From the NCBI GenBank assembly GCA_964016885.1, contig OZ024747.1:42966001-43030000 (forward strand): a stretch of 64,000 nt of DNA, in the 5' to 3' direction. Positions within the stretch are counted from its first letter, which is position 1, and the number at the start of each line of letters is the position of its first letter. Of this stretch, positions 13,391 through 26,374 are shown one piece after another. This stretch comes from Eledone cirrhosa (lineage: Eukaryota). The notes beneath the pieces are model-generated. The model had not been told where the DNA came from. It made no database searches and worked only from the letters and a program-made list of their open reading frames with translations. Position numbers and translations under genes: made by a program.

Positions 13391-14852
13391 CTATTAGTGA
13401 AGCCCTTTAGTATAGGTCAACTGGGAAATTATAACACACATAACCCTATCAGTGAAGCCCTTTAGTATAGGTCAACTGGGAAATTATAACACACAAAACC
13501 CTATCAGTGAAGCCCTTTAGTATAGGTCAACTGGGAAATTATAACACACAAAACCCTATCAGTGAAGCCCTTTAGTATAGGTCAACTGGGAAATTATAAC
13601 ACACAAAACCCTATCAGTGAAGCCCTTTAGTATAAGTCAACTGGGAAATTATAACACACAAAACCCTATCAGTGAAGCCCTTTAGTATAGGTCAACTGGG
13701 AAATTATAACACACAAAACCCTATCAGTGAAGCCCTTTAGTATAGGTCAACTGGGAAATTATAACACACAAAACCCTATCAGTGAAGCCCTTTAGTATAG
13801 GTCAACTGGGAAATTATAACACACAAAACCCTATCAGTGATGCCCTTTAGTATAGGTCAACTGGGAAATTATAACACACAAAACCCTATCAGTGAAGCCC
13901 TTTAGTATAGGTCAACTGGGAAATTATAACACACAAAACCCTATCAGTGAAGCCCTTTAATATAGGTCAACTGGGAAATTATAACACACAAAACCCTATC
14001 AGTGAAGCCCTTTAGTATAGGTCAACTGGGAAATTATAACACACAAAACCCTATCAGTGAAGCCCTTTAGTATAAGTCAACTGGGAAATTATAACACACA
14101 AAACCCTATCAGTGAAGCCCTTTAGTATAGGTCAACTGGGAAATTATAACACACAAAACCCTATCAGTGAAGCCCTTTAGTATAGGTCAACTGGGAAATT
14201 ATAACACACAAAACCCTATCAGTGAAGCCCTTTAGTATAGGTCAACTGGGAAATTATAACACACAAAACCCTATCAGTGAAGCCCTTTAGTATAGGTCAA
14301 CTGGGAAATTATAACACACAAAACCCTATCAGTGATGCCCTTTAGTATAGGTCAACTGGGAAATTATAACACACAAAACCCTATCAGTGAAGCCCTTTAG
14401 TATAGGTCAACTGGGAAATTATAACACACAAAACCCTATCAGTGAAGCCCTTTAATATAGGTCAACTGGGAAATTATAACACACAAAACCCTATCAGTGA
14501 AGCCCTTTAGTATAGGTCAACTGGGAAATTATAACACACAAAACCCTATCAGTGAAGCCCTTTAGTATAAGTCAACTGGGAAATTATAACACACAAAACC
14601 CTATCAGTGAAGCCCTTTAGTATAGGTCAACTGGGAAATTATAACACACAAAACCCTATCAGTGAAGCCCTTTAGTATAGGTCAACTGGGAAATTATAAC
14701 ACACAAAACCCTATCAGTGAAGCCCTTTAGTATAGGTCAACTGGGAAATTATAACACACAAAACCCTATCAGTGAAGCCCTTTAATATAGGTCAACTGGG
14801 AAATTATAACACACAAAACCCTATTAGTGAAGCCCTTTAGTATAGGTCAACT
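13391..14852. repeat. 55-bp tandem array, about 26.5 copies
   Basis: Unit AGTGAAGCCCTTTAGTATAGGTCAACTGGGAAATTATAACACACAAAACCCTATC, near-identical copies. Confidence 0.98.
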
Positions 14853-15924
14853 AACAGAAAATTGTATTACGGTTACCAAAAAAATTCTAAATAAGCCTAC
14901 AAGGTAAAAATTAAAAACGGTTATTGTGGGCCACCCTGACTGGTCTGGTGGGCCGGATTGTAGCCCACAGGCCACCTGTTGCATGGCCCCGTTCTACATT
15001 GTAACTAATTTCCTGGAAATAACAGCCAATCACATCCTACCATCTGAAAAAAAAAGAAAGGAAAGGAACGACACATTAAACAATGTAATTCCTGATATAT
15101 AAAAATATGGGATTGTAATGGCTAGAGTGTCTTTCATCATAGCCAGCTCAGCGAGGCTGACTTAGAGCTAAACAACATGGACAACAGCAACAATGAGCAA
15201 TGACAACATACTATGAACAGTAATAATAGAACCAAGAGCAGTAACAACAGTAGTACTTATATGCAACAAAAAAATATATAATCTCTACGCCATGGTTTCA
15301 TCGAGTACTTCTGTTTCTGGATAAATTGGTGACTACTGACTTCTGCTAAGTAGGAACCTTTATTTTTCTTACTAACTCTATTTTCTAAATCTGAAGGTGC
15401 ACTACTGAAAAGTAGAGGAGTGGGGCAGTGCCATCCAGTGCCCTCCTTCCTTGGGGACAGACCAGGGTGGTGCCCCAGCATGGACGCAGTCTAATGACTG
15501 AAACCAATAAAAGAATTATAGAATATGTACATGAAGTGATGTGTGACATTTTGGGTATATGTTTGATTGATTCCACCAAAATACACAAAGAAATTTTGGA
15601 ATAAAAACTAAAAAGTCTGAATGTTATGAAAAGTTTAATATGTGACCTTTTAAACTAATGACATTTAAAAGATCAATGAATTGTATCTTATTGGTGGTAT
15701 ACACTATTTGTAAACTCTACCAATATCTATAAGACCAAGATTATGGTATGTTGAAGTTAAAGCAAACATGCTAGTGATGTGGAAAATATTGTAATGAATG
15801 CAAGATGATGTGAGTATGATTCAAAAAATTTCATGTTGCAAATCCATGTCTGTTATTGTGCTTTGATGAAAAGGCTGTCAATAGTGAATAGAGAAAACAT
15901 ATGCATCTGTCGGTCTAAGATCTA

Positions 15925-16200
15925 GTCTAGTCTATCTCGGGTCAACAGGCTCATCAGACTGGTGCTTAACCTGGTTTCCATGGCGTTAAGTGACTGAGAG
16001 TACAATACTCCCCCCTGGACAGGACGCCAGACAATCACAAGGTTAAACTCCCAGCTGTTTCTGGTACTCATTTTCGGTTGAGTATACTGGAGCAAAATGA
16101 AATGAAATGTTTTGCTCAAGAAGACAACATAATACAATCCAGGAATTGAATAAACAACGTTATGGTCATAAGTCTAACACCCTTACCACTAGGCCACCTA
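15925..16200 (-). mobile_element. Decayed tRNA-derived SINE
   Basis: A-box-like GGTGGCCTAGTGGTAAG, CORE-like CTTGAGCAAAACA, and a short (AGACT)n tail. Confidence 0.6.
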
Positions 16201-16254
16201 CTTCTATGTCTGGCTAAACTAGAGCTTGATGAAGTAAAATTGTAAACTACAGAC

Positions 16255-16749
16255 TGTATGTATGTATGTGTGTGTGTGTGTATGTGTTTGTGTGTGTATG
16301 TATGTATGTATGTATGTATGTATGTATGTATGTGTGTGTATGTGTGTATATGTGCATGTGTGTGTATGTGTGTGTATGTATGTATGTATGTATGTGTGTA
16401 TATGTGTGCATATGTGTGTATATGTGTGTGTGTATATGTGTGTATGTATGTGTGTATGTGTGTATATGTGCATGTGTGTGTGTATGTAAGTGTGTGTGTA
16501 TGTATGCTTGTGTATGTATGTATGTATGTATGTATGTATGTATGTGTGTGTATGTGTGTATATGTGCATGTGTGTGTATGTATGTGTGTGTGTATGATGT
16601 ATGTATGTATGTATGTATGTATGTATGTATGTATGTATGTATGTGTGTGTGTGTATGTGTGTATGTATGTGTGTGTGTATGTGTGTATGTGTGTATGTGT
16701 GTATATGTATGTGGGTGTGTGTGTGTATGTATGTTTGTATGTATGTATG
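16255..16749. repeat. Compound (TATG)n/(TG)n microsatellite
   Basis: Direct inspection. It produces the spurious HT/VC-repeat ORFs. Confidence 0.95.
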
Positions 16750-17382
16750 TCTCTTTCTCTTAATTTCGAGTATATTTTTTTGACCGGCCACCTTCCTGGC
16801 GGCAAGGTTGTAAAAGAAAAGAAATTGTCATCCCTTGAATCGCAAGAATCTTTTGCAAATTTTGAAGGTGCCAGCTATCGCAGCCATTTGTAGACTATGA
16901 ATTAGGGAGCTGCGCTTTTTGTCCGCAAATCCAAGTTCAGTCATACTTTGGTCCAAGCGGGTTGGTATATAACCCGTAGCACCAATAATGATGGGTATGA
17001 AGCTAAAGGTGTATCTTGGATACTGGATTTGTAAACTCCTCATCAATGGTCCGTAGATGTCCTCCTTCTCCTGTATTTTTCTGACGACGTTTACATCAAG
17101 TGGGCAGCTGATCTCCACAACAGAACACGTTTTCAATGTGTGGTCCCAAACTACAATATCAGGCCGGTTGTGCTTTAATTTGGTGGCAGTTTTTATTTTC
17201 AGGTTCCACCAGTATTCCTTAGTGCCATCTGTCTCAATATATTCCTCCTCGTTTGTTGTTAATTTTGTTTTCCGAAGTGCGTTCCAGATGGTTCTAGCTA
17301 TCCCATCGTGTCTCATGGGGAGGTAGTAACGAGATGACATTCTTTCGCAGCTGGCAACAATGTGGCTTACATCCTCGATCTT
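16750..17382 (-). mobile_element. 5'-truncated R4/Dong-like non-LTR retrotransposon (restriction-like endonuclease)
   Basis: SHIVASC..RHD..HNRPDIVVWD..VVEISCP..EKEDIY..IPIIIGATG gives the end of the zinc knuckle plus a PD-(D/E)xK endonuclease. It has a short 3' UTR and (TATG)n on both flanks. Confidence 0.88.
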
Positions 17383-17388
17383 TGTATG

Positions 17389-17422
<34 letters not shown>

Positions 17423-18013
17423 TGTATGTATGTATGTATGTATGTATGTATGTATGTATGTATATGTGTGGGTGTGTGTGTGTGTGTGTGTATATGTGCG
17501 TGTGTGTGTATGTATGTGTATGTTTGAGCGTGTTTGTGTGCGTAGATGTTTTAATATGAAAGAGAAATAGGTTAATAATGCAAGCAAAGAATTTAGAGAG
17601 AGTAAGAGATGATAGCCATGAGAGCCTGTCAGTCATTTGACCTGGGGACCAGCAGTGGCTGGAATTGGCAATGGCTGCTGTCAATACCTATGGACGTGAG
17701 CTGGCAATATTAATATTTATACCAGAGAAAGACCTTCCACTGTTCCTGGTCATTTGTGCTAGAATTAATGAATATTAATATGCCAATGGATACAATATGA
17801 AAATAGCTATAGTTCATGCAATAACAACTTGGATAATAGATGATATTACTCGCAGTTTTATTAGTGAAATATATAAGAAATGTTTGAGAAGTAGTTAGGT
17901 TGGGAATCCATATTGTTATGTCGTGTTAATAGTCATTGATATCATCGTAAGACAATGCTGTTGGTGTCATCTTCTCACCTTTATCATCGTTATTGTTGCT
18001 GTCATCATCTTCT

Positions 18014-18770
18014 TCCACCACCACTACCACCACCACCACCATTGCCACCATTGCCACCACAACCACCACCACCATTGACACCACCACCATTGCCTCCACA
18101 ACCACCATTGCCACCACAACCACAACCACCACCTTCACCACCACCTTCACCACCACCACCATTGACACCACCACCACCACCACTATTGCCACCACCATTG
18201 CCACCATTGCCACCACCACCATCACCACCATTTCCACCACCACCACCACCATTGCCACCATTGCCACCATTGCCATCACCATTGCCACCACCACCACAAC
18301 CACCACCACCACCACCACCACTATTGCCACCACCATTGCCACCATTGCCACCACCACCACCACCACCATTGCCACCATTGCCATCACCATTGCCACCATT
18401 GCCACCACCATTGCCACCATTGCCACCAAAACCACCACCACCACCTTCACCACCACCACCATTGCCACCACCACCATTGCCACCACCACCCACCACCACC
18501 ATTGCCACCACCACCACCACAACCACCACCACCACCACCTCCACTACCACCATTGCCACCACAACCACCACCACCACAACCACCACCACCACCACCACCT
18601 CCACTACCACCATTGCCACCACAACCACCACCACCACCATCACCACCACCTCCACCACCACCAGCACCACCACTAGCACCACCACCACCACCACCACAGC
18701 ACCACCACCATCACCACCACTACCACCACCACCACAACCCCACCACCATCACTGTCACTACTATCACCCC
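18014..18770. repeat. (CCA)n-based cryptic trinucleotide repeat with CCATTG interruptions
   Basis: Open in several frames as poly-P/T/H and poly-G/V/W. No splice or gene context. Confidence 0.93.
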
Positions 18771-19566
18771 TCAAATAATGAGAAATATTATAACAGTAAC
18801 CCCTAACCTATAAACATGAATCTTGAAAACTAAAACAAGAAATAGAAATAAATAAAACTCAGATGAGGTAGAATCTCGATCAATGCTGCTGGAACAGAAG
18901 GCCGATGGAAACATTTTAGGAAATTATAAATCCACAATGTTAACAGAGGCATGTAACAAAACCAACACTTACACATATAATATCGATTTTGACATGTTCA
19001 AAGAATTATTTCCTTCGTTAAATCATTGAACCTAATTTTCTCACTGTTATTCTTTCGATTTTTGAACATTTGTTGGTGGAGATGGTTGATACCACACCTT
19101 CACATTATTTTTTTTGTCTTCTAGCAGAGCAGATGAAAATAAGGAAGAAGAGAAATTGCTAGTCTGTTTTTATGCTATGAGATCTCTGAATATACTTAAC
19201 CCTTTCATTACAATATTTATCATAAAATACACTGTATTAATTAATGGAGAATTTAGAAGAATTTACTAAGATTATTAATCATTTAATTGTTAAAATGGTA
19301 TTTGTATCAAAACTTAACAAATATTCCTTACATAAAATTATCATCATTAGTGTTTTTCACATTGACTTTTCAATGTTGGCATGGGCATAGGGCATTTTGA
19401 AGCAATATTTTACAGCCAGATGCCTTTGTTGAAATAAACCCTTTTAGTCACTTCTTAGAACACACAGAGATACTGTGTACCTATTCTAAATTAGTGGGAT
19501 ATTTTGATTTAGATAGGAACCATACTAAATGTTTGTGTGTGTGTGTATTATGTGTGTATATATATA

Positions 19567-19997
19567 TATATTGTTATACTTTGGGAGGGTCATGTTGCCA
19601 ATAAGAAACATATGCACCAGTTGCTTTCACTCCAATTTATTATAAATTAAATTTATAAATTTAAGAACTTATAAATTTCTGGTTGGTTGGTTGGTTGGTT
19701 CCCACAACCGGACGGTTGTTCATATATTGTCAAAGTTCTTTCGTCACACACCGTAGGACAGAATAAAGGAGAGGCACAGAACAAAGAAAAGAATCCCAGT
19801 CACTGGAGAGGTCACATAATGTGTGACGAAAGAACTTTGACAATATATGAACAACCGTCCGGTTGTGGAACCAATCAACCAACCGGAAATTTATAAATTC
19901 TTAAATTTATAAATTTAATTTATAATAAATTGGAGTGAAAGCAACTGGTGCGTGTGTTTCTTATTGGCAACATGACCTTCCCAAAGTATAACAATAT
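19567..19997. repeat. Long inverted repeat, arms of about 180 bp (19567-19750 and 19820-19997) with a spacer of about 70 bp
   Basis: Near-perfect reverse complementarity, bounded by (TA)n tracts. The right arm continues about 55 bp further before the (TA)n. Confidence 0.92.
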
Positions 19998-20050
19998 CGG
20001 TTTCAACACACGTTTTCAGATAAAGAATCTTGCTAAACAAATTCAGAAAC

Positions 20051-20103
<53 letters not shown>

Positions 20104-20779
20104 GTTTTGTTCCTTTTTTTCTCCCCCCCCCTTTCCTTTTTTTACTTACTCAGTTTCATGCGTGGGCATGCAAACAGGTTTATATGCGTGAGTATAAGTA
20201 TGTGTGTGTGTGTGTGTGTATGTACGTATCGAACGTATGGATGTGTAAGTGCGCGTGTGTATATAAGCATAATTATTTTTACATTTCTTTTGTGAGACAC
20301 GCGTGTCTGTGTATGTATGTACCCCCTTTTTTTGTTTTCTTTAATTTTTTCTTTCTAATATTTTTTCTTTCTAATTTATCGTCATTACATTTTTATAAAT
20401 ATATCGAGACTGCTACTTTTCTTTTAATTATTACACTCCCTTACCTCCTTTCTTTCCGCACCTAAGCGTACGAGTGTCCAGGCGTTTTATGCGCGCGCCT
20501 TCATATTCATATATTTACGATGTAACCATTTCTGTCTGTAAAATACAGATATATAGATACATTTGCCCTAAATTTTAGAATTACGTACACTTTCTCACTA
20601 TACATATACATGTGCGCATATACATATATGCACATCTGTGAGCGTATATACATACATATACACACACCTAACTATATTTCTTGATAGATTTTTTTATATA
20701 TTTCAATTTCTATTTCATTTATCTATATCTTTTTTTGATTTTCTTGATGAGTTTTTCAAAGTATTTACCCATGTTTTAT

Positions 20780-20857
20780 ATTGCCTCGTCTGACGAACGA
20801 ATGAAGTCGTTTATTTCGTATTCGCCTCATTCGGGAAACCTCTGGTAATGAGGTAAT
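20780..20857 (+). ncRNA. Type I hammerhead ribozyme motif
   Basis: ATTGCCTCGT-CTGACGA-A-CGAATGA..TCATTCG-G-GAAA-CC-TCT-GG-TA-ATGAGGTAAT. Stem I is 10 bp, stem II 7 bp and stem III short. It lies about 25 nt before a (TA)n tract. Confidence 0.82.
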
Positions 20858-21031
20858 TATATTGTATTGATTTTTATACATTATATATATATATATATAT
20901 ATATATACATAAAGCAGTATGTTATTTGAAGGCTACAGCAATGTATTGTCATAGTCTTCAGATAACATACTGCTTTATAAACTAGCACAATGCTTCAAGT
21001 AAACTACAACACCATCATATATATATATATA

Positions 21032-21083
<52 letters not shown>

Positions 21084-21354
21084 ATGTATGTATGTATGTA
21101 TATACAGATTCACACATATACATTTTATTTCTTACTCTTGTCTATCATTCTATTACTTCTTCCCTTTCTCATTTAATGTTCCAATAAAAGACTAATATCT
21201 AAAACTTTAAAACTCCTTTCCTACTATATCAAACATTAAATTAGTGAAAGAAAGTCCAAAAGGTTTTGTTGATTTCCTCTCGATACAAAGAATTTTATCC
21301 TAATAAATTAAAGAGCATGAACAAAAGAACAGATGATATAGATCACATTATCTT

Positions 21355-21530
21355 ATCAGTAGAGGGTCAGACGCCATGCTTTGAGGCATAGAGTTATGGG
21401 CCTTGCCATTCTGAGTTCAAATACCACCAAGGTTAACTTTGCCTTTCATCCTTACGGGGTCGATAAAATAAAGTACCAGTAATGTACTGGGATAATTACT
21501 GGCCTTGTGCCAAAAAGTAGAAACAATTAT
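21355..21530 (+). mobile_element. tRNA-derived SINE with Deu/Nin-like central domain
   Basis: B-box-like GAGTTCAAAT, then GCCTTTCATCCTTACGGGGTCGATAAAATAAAGTACCAG. Other copies at about 25147-25335 (+), 26213-26320 (-), 31898-32085 (-), 36318-36455 (+) and 46592-46760 (-). Confidence 0.85.
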
Positions 21531-22304
21531 CTTAACTAGAACAATTTTTTCTTGTATATGCCACAAAAAGTACACTCAATATACACGATAACGTGGTTGG
21601 TGTTAGGAAGGGCATTCAGCCATAAAAGCCATGCCAAATATGGAACATATGAGCCAAAATGAGGTTACTCCAAGGTGTCTGGTCTCAAACCATGACAACC
21701 TGTCCTACCTATTCCAGTATTGAAAGTAGATGTAAAATCGATAAAAATGATGATGATAATGATTTTTTACATTATCTGAAGGCTATAAATATATGTTGAT
21801 TGAAGTAAACCCTTGGAGGGAAGGAAAGAAAAGATAAGTATTCAGGGCATGTCAATTGAAAACAGACTCTGTCTGGGAATGTTCAAAACAATCACAGACT
21901 TATTATTATAGCCGGAATCCTTAGATTTATTTGTGTACTACTTAAATGAAAAGAATGGAAAACAAAACAAAACATAGATTAAATTTTGTTTTCTCATAAT
22001 TCCACCCACACAATATTAAAATATAAGTAAATGAATACAACAAACTGAAACCAACCAAGACCCACTACACAAAATACAATTACTCAGTTACTTAAACACA
22101 ACACTTGACACAATTAATCTTCTAAAACAAACCCTTTTATATATCATATCCATACTAACATAATTCAGTGGCATTGAAATATAATCACTAAAACAATGAA
22201 AAAAACATGGTCAATAATATGGCTACTGATTATAAGGGGAGTGATTATGGAATAATGTTTTTTGATTTTGGCACAAGGCCAACAAATTTGAGGGAGAAAT
22301 CAAT

Positions 22305-22533
22305 TTAACTCTTTAGCATTTAAACCGGCCATATCCAGCCAGAATTCTCTCACCTCTTTCTGTTCAAACCAGCCATAACTGGCCACTCATATTTATGTTA
22401 AGGTATTGTTCTCAAAATAAATAAAATCGAAATCTCATACATTTGATATTATTTGAGATAATTATGTAAGATAAAGCCTTTACCATAAAAATACAATAGT
22501 AAATATAGAGTAATGTAAATGCTAAAGGGTTAA
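22305..22533. mobile_element. piggyBac-like MITE nested in a SINE
   Basis: TTAA-CTCTTTAGCATTTA ... TAAATGCTAAAGGG-TTAA termini. Related copies at 36235-36596, 59537-59735 and about 31690-31845. Confidence 0.75.
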
Positions 22534-24364
22534 TCTACCCCCAGTGCATTACTAGTACTTTATTTTATCAACTTTCGTAGGATTTGAACTTAGCTGGAAC
22601 AAATACTGATAAGCATTTGTCTGACGTTCTAATGGCTCTGCCAATCTCCCAGTGAATAACCCAGGCACAAACATAATGAAGAAAACAATTAAAAGATAAA
22701 TCTAAAATTTTTAAAAATAAAAAATAAAAATAAAAATAAAAATAAAAATAAAAATAAATGAAAATTAAGATTAAGAAATAAATTAATAAATTGCATGAAA
22801 TTATTTGAAATTAAGATTAAATGTATGCAAAAGGAAATAATTATACAAGTAAATGCAAATATCATTTATAAAATGTTTTGTGTAAATTTTATTCAACTGG
22901 TGGTCGATGTATAAACGTTTTGTAATCAAAGAATTTAAACTTGTTTGTGGTTTGAACTGTCTCAAAAGATAGGTTTCTTCCCTGCATACACACAAATATC
23001 TTAGCCCTGCATGTACCCACTAATTCTATGGATCTACTCCCTATCACTCTCCACTTTGAGGTACTAGTTCCTTCATCTCATGAAGGCTGCCCTCAAGACT
23101 CAACACTCTCTCTCTCTCTTTTGCTCTTTCCCCCTCTAAAATGATGGTTCTCCCAGCAAGCAGTATCTTATTGCCACGCCTCCTACAGTGCCTCTTCCAT
23201 TCCTCTCACCCTCTCCTACACAGTGCCATTTACACTATAGCTTTTCTTTTGTGTCATCACACTCTTTCACATGGAAACATTTTTCACTGCCCACCTGTAG
23301 AGTAAATATCCAAAAGTATACCAAAAATGTTTGGTAAAATTTTGTTACTGGTTCATAAACTGACTTTTTATGATGTAGTAAAAATATGATGTCATAACAA
23401 TTAACGTTGACTTATGCAGCTGCTTGATGCTGCTGCTACCACATTAAAGAACTTGACCATAAAACTAAATCATATTCTTTATAATTAAATTTAATAAATG
23501 ATCAAGTGATGACAAAAAAAAAAAATTAAACAATTTTTGTTGATAATTATAAAATTAAAAAGAATATTCATTAGTAGCAACTAATAAAAATTCAGCAAAT
23601 TTTTTTGTTATGTCTAATACTTTTTTGGCACTATTTTACTTTAGCACCTGAAAAAAATATAACTATTGTTGAAATCACTCATTTAATGTTAAAACGGTAC
23701 ACAACTTTTGTGTGTCATTTTAACATCAAGTGAGCAAGTGTGTGCAAAAGTCATGAAAGAGAATTTTGTTTTGTCAGCATTCAAGAAGCGTCCAATGGAC
23801 TATGCTGCAGCCTTCACTGTATGTAACATGTCCTCAGCTTCTTTGCTGGTGTTTTCCAGGAGAGCTATGTGATCTACATAAGCCAATTTAGTAAACAGAG
23901 TGTTATGGGTGATAATGTCTGGATAGTTTTCTTTGTGGATAAACCAGTATTTTTGAACACATACAATCACAATGTTGTAGGTGTTGATATACTTGTTGAG
24001 TTCCTCACAGGAAAAGTACAATGTGAATGAATTGCAGTTTAGAGAGCTGAAGGTGTATGGTCTCTTTGGTCAAAATAGTTCTCTCCAGGTTCTGATTAGA
24101 GGATGCTCGTCCAGTTGGGTTTAGAACATCATTTTCATAGGGGGAAGTTGAGCCTTCTTCAGGACCAAGCAGAGACAGAAAATCAGGGGCTCTAACCATG
24201 GAGCTATTGTTTGTACCAGTCATGTTTTCTATTAGAAGAAATACTGTGTGATAACTTGCCAGATCTCTAACAGCCACAGTACCCCATTGATAGAGGCAGA
24301 GTTTCCCTACCATTGACTTGATTACTGGTTCCTCGACTAGGTGAAAAAGTACTGAAAACTGAGA

Positions 24365-24830
24365 CAAACAAAAGCGCCCAGTCAACACTGTAAAGTGGTT
24401 GTTTTAGTGTTGTGACAGAAGCGCTCAGTCCACACTGTAAAGTGGTCGTTTTGGTGACACAACAAAAAGCACTCACTCCACACTGTACAATGGTTGAGTT
24501 AGTGCCCCAACAAAAAGCACCCAGTCCACACTGAAAAGTGGTCATTTTGGTGCCATGTCAAAAAGCATCCAGTCCACATAGTAAAGTGGTTGTTTTAGTG
24601 CCATGATAAAAAGCACCCTGTCCGCACTGTAAATGTGATTGGTGTTATAAAGGGTATCCAGCCGTAGAAACCAAACCAGAAACAGTTTTGTATGAGCAAA
24701 ACATGGTCGTCTGACCTGACAACTTACAATGGGACAACTTGTCTAATTCATGCTAGTGTGGAAAAATGGATGTTGAAAGGTGATGATGATGATAATGATG
24801 ATAATGATGATGACAATGATATATATATAT
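24365..24830 (+). mobile_element. SINE derivative with 5-6 internal units of about 49 bp related to the 44-bp satellite
   Basis: Repeats of AAAAGCACCCAGTCCACACTGTAAAGTGGT are followed by GGTGTTATAAAGGGTATCCAGCCGTAGAAAC and an RTE-type (GAT)n tail. Confidence 0.75.
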
Positions 24831-24834
24831 ATAT

Positions 24835-25136
24835 CATCATCATCATCATCATTTTAGGTCCGCTTTTCCCTGCTTGCAAGGGTGAGACGGGAACTGATTC
24901 TGGCTTGATTTCTACAGCTGGATGCCCTTCCTAACACCAACCTCATTTACAGTGAGTGCTGGTGCTTTTTTGCCATGGCACCTCCACGACCACTTTGCAG
25001 TGGAATGATATGGACCCCAGTCCTATCATCTCATTTCTACAGCTGAGTAAACTGGAACAATGTGAAATAAAGTGTCTTGCTCAAGAAAATAACTCATCAC
25101 CCGGTCCAAGAATTGAACTCACAACCTTTCGATTGC
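24835..25136 (-). mobile_element. tRNA/CORE-like SINE with RTE-derived tail
   Basis: Near-identical to 32543-32885. Confidence 0.85.
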
Positions 25137-25351
25137 ATATATCATTACGGTGGATTGGTAGTATCGGTAGAGGGTCGGACGCCATGCTTTGATGCATAGA
25201 GTTACGGCCCTTGCCATTCTGAGTTCAAATCCCGCCGAGGTTAACTTTACCTTTCATCCTTACGGGGTCGATAAAATAAAGTACCAGTAATGTACTGGGT
25301 AATTGCTGGCCTTGTGCCAAAAGTAGAAACAATTATCATTATCATCATCAT

Positions 25352-25399
<48 letters not shown>

Positions 25400-25422
25400 G
25401 TATGTATATATATATATATACA

Positions 25423-25459
<37 letters not shown>

Positions 25460-26374
25460 ATATATTTATGGAGGACTTATGAAAATTGGAAAGAAATGAG
25501 GTGAGCATTCCTCAGTGGATGGGTAATAGTAGTATACATGAGCGATGAAATATCAATGAGCTGAGAGAAAATCTGGGCATATGAGGCATCAGATGCAGTG
25601 TGCAGGAGAGGAGACTGTGATGGTATGGATATGTAATGCATATGAAGGGTGACAGCTGTATAATGAAATGCAGGGCACTTGAAGTCAAAGGAACCTATGG
25701 AAGGAGAAGACCCAGGAAAACCTAGAATGATGTGGTCAGGGCTGATTCTTATGCAGCCAACCCTCACAAAGGAGATGACCTGGGACTGAGAAAACTGGCA
25801 ATATTCTGTAATACGAAGAACTCACCTTTCCACACAAGTGGAATGAATGCAGCAGAAGCAGGATGGTTAACCCACTTAAAAATTCCTGAGCCCATCTTCC
25901 CCACCCTAAACTTACACCCGCATCTGCCAATATACTTCTGACTTGTTTTAGGCCACCATGGCATCCAACCCTAGCATGACCATGAACACTAAACACCATA
26001 GTGATTTAATGAAATAGTGCTGGTACCACTACAAAAGCACCCAGCCCACTCTTCAAGGGCCATGATAAAATACTCCCAGTACACTTTGTAAACAAAACCA
26101 AAACAAAGTGTATGAGTAGGACCTTGTTTCCTGACCTGTCTGACCACAGCATGTGACAGCCATTTAACCCCTGCAATCATGGAAAATAATATTTAAGCAA
26201 TGATGATATATAACTGTTTCTACTTTTGGCACAAGGCCAGCAATTACCCCAGTGCATTACTGGTGCTTTATTTTATCAACCCCGTAAGGATGAAAGGCAA
26301 AGTTAACCTCGGCGGGATTAGATCGAAATCATTGTATATCGATCTAAACCCTAATTATATATATATATATATAT

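Noticed and set aside
13391-14852. CRISPR-like array
   Set aside because: Head-to-tail identical 55-mers without spacers.
15940-15965. CTGATGAG on the minus strand
   Set aside because: Part of a SINE 3' region, with no GAAA and UH in a hammerhead arrangement.
16116-16893. His/Thr-rich and Val/Cys-rich ORFs, and similar ones throughout the window
   Set aside because: Translations of (CA)n, (TA)n and (CATA)n microsatellites.
17926-18813. Proline-rich (formin/extensin-like), mucin-like or glycine-rich protein
   Set aside because: A (CCA)n repeat open in several frames on both strands, with no flanking domain or splice context.
19820-20030. Hammerhead inside the fold-back element (TGACGA, GAAA-TTTATAAA-TT)
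   Set aside because: The core boxes cannot be assembled with a consistent stem I and stem II.
23760-24388. ORFs 24005-24388 and 23800-24021 as host exons
   Set aside because: The left part resembles a decayed LINE RT (LAYVDHIALL, NADKTK) and no host protein is recognisable.
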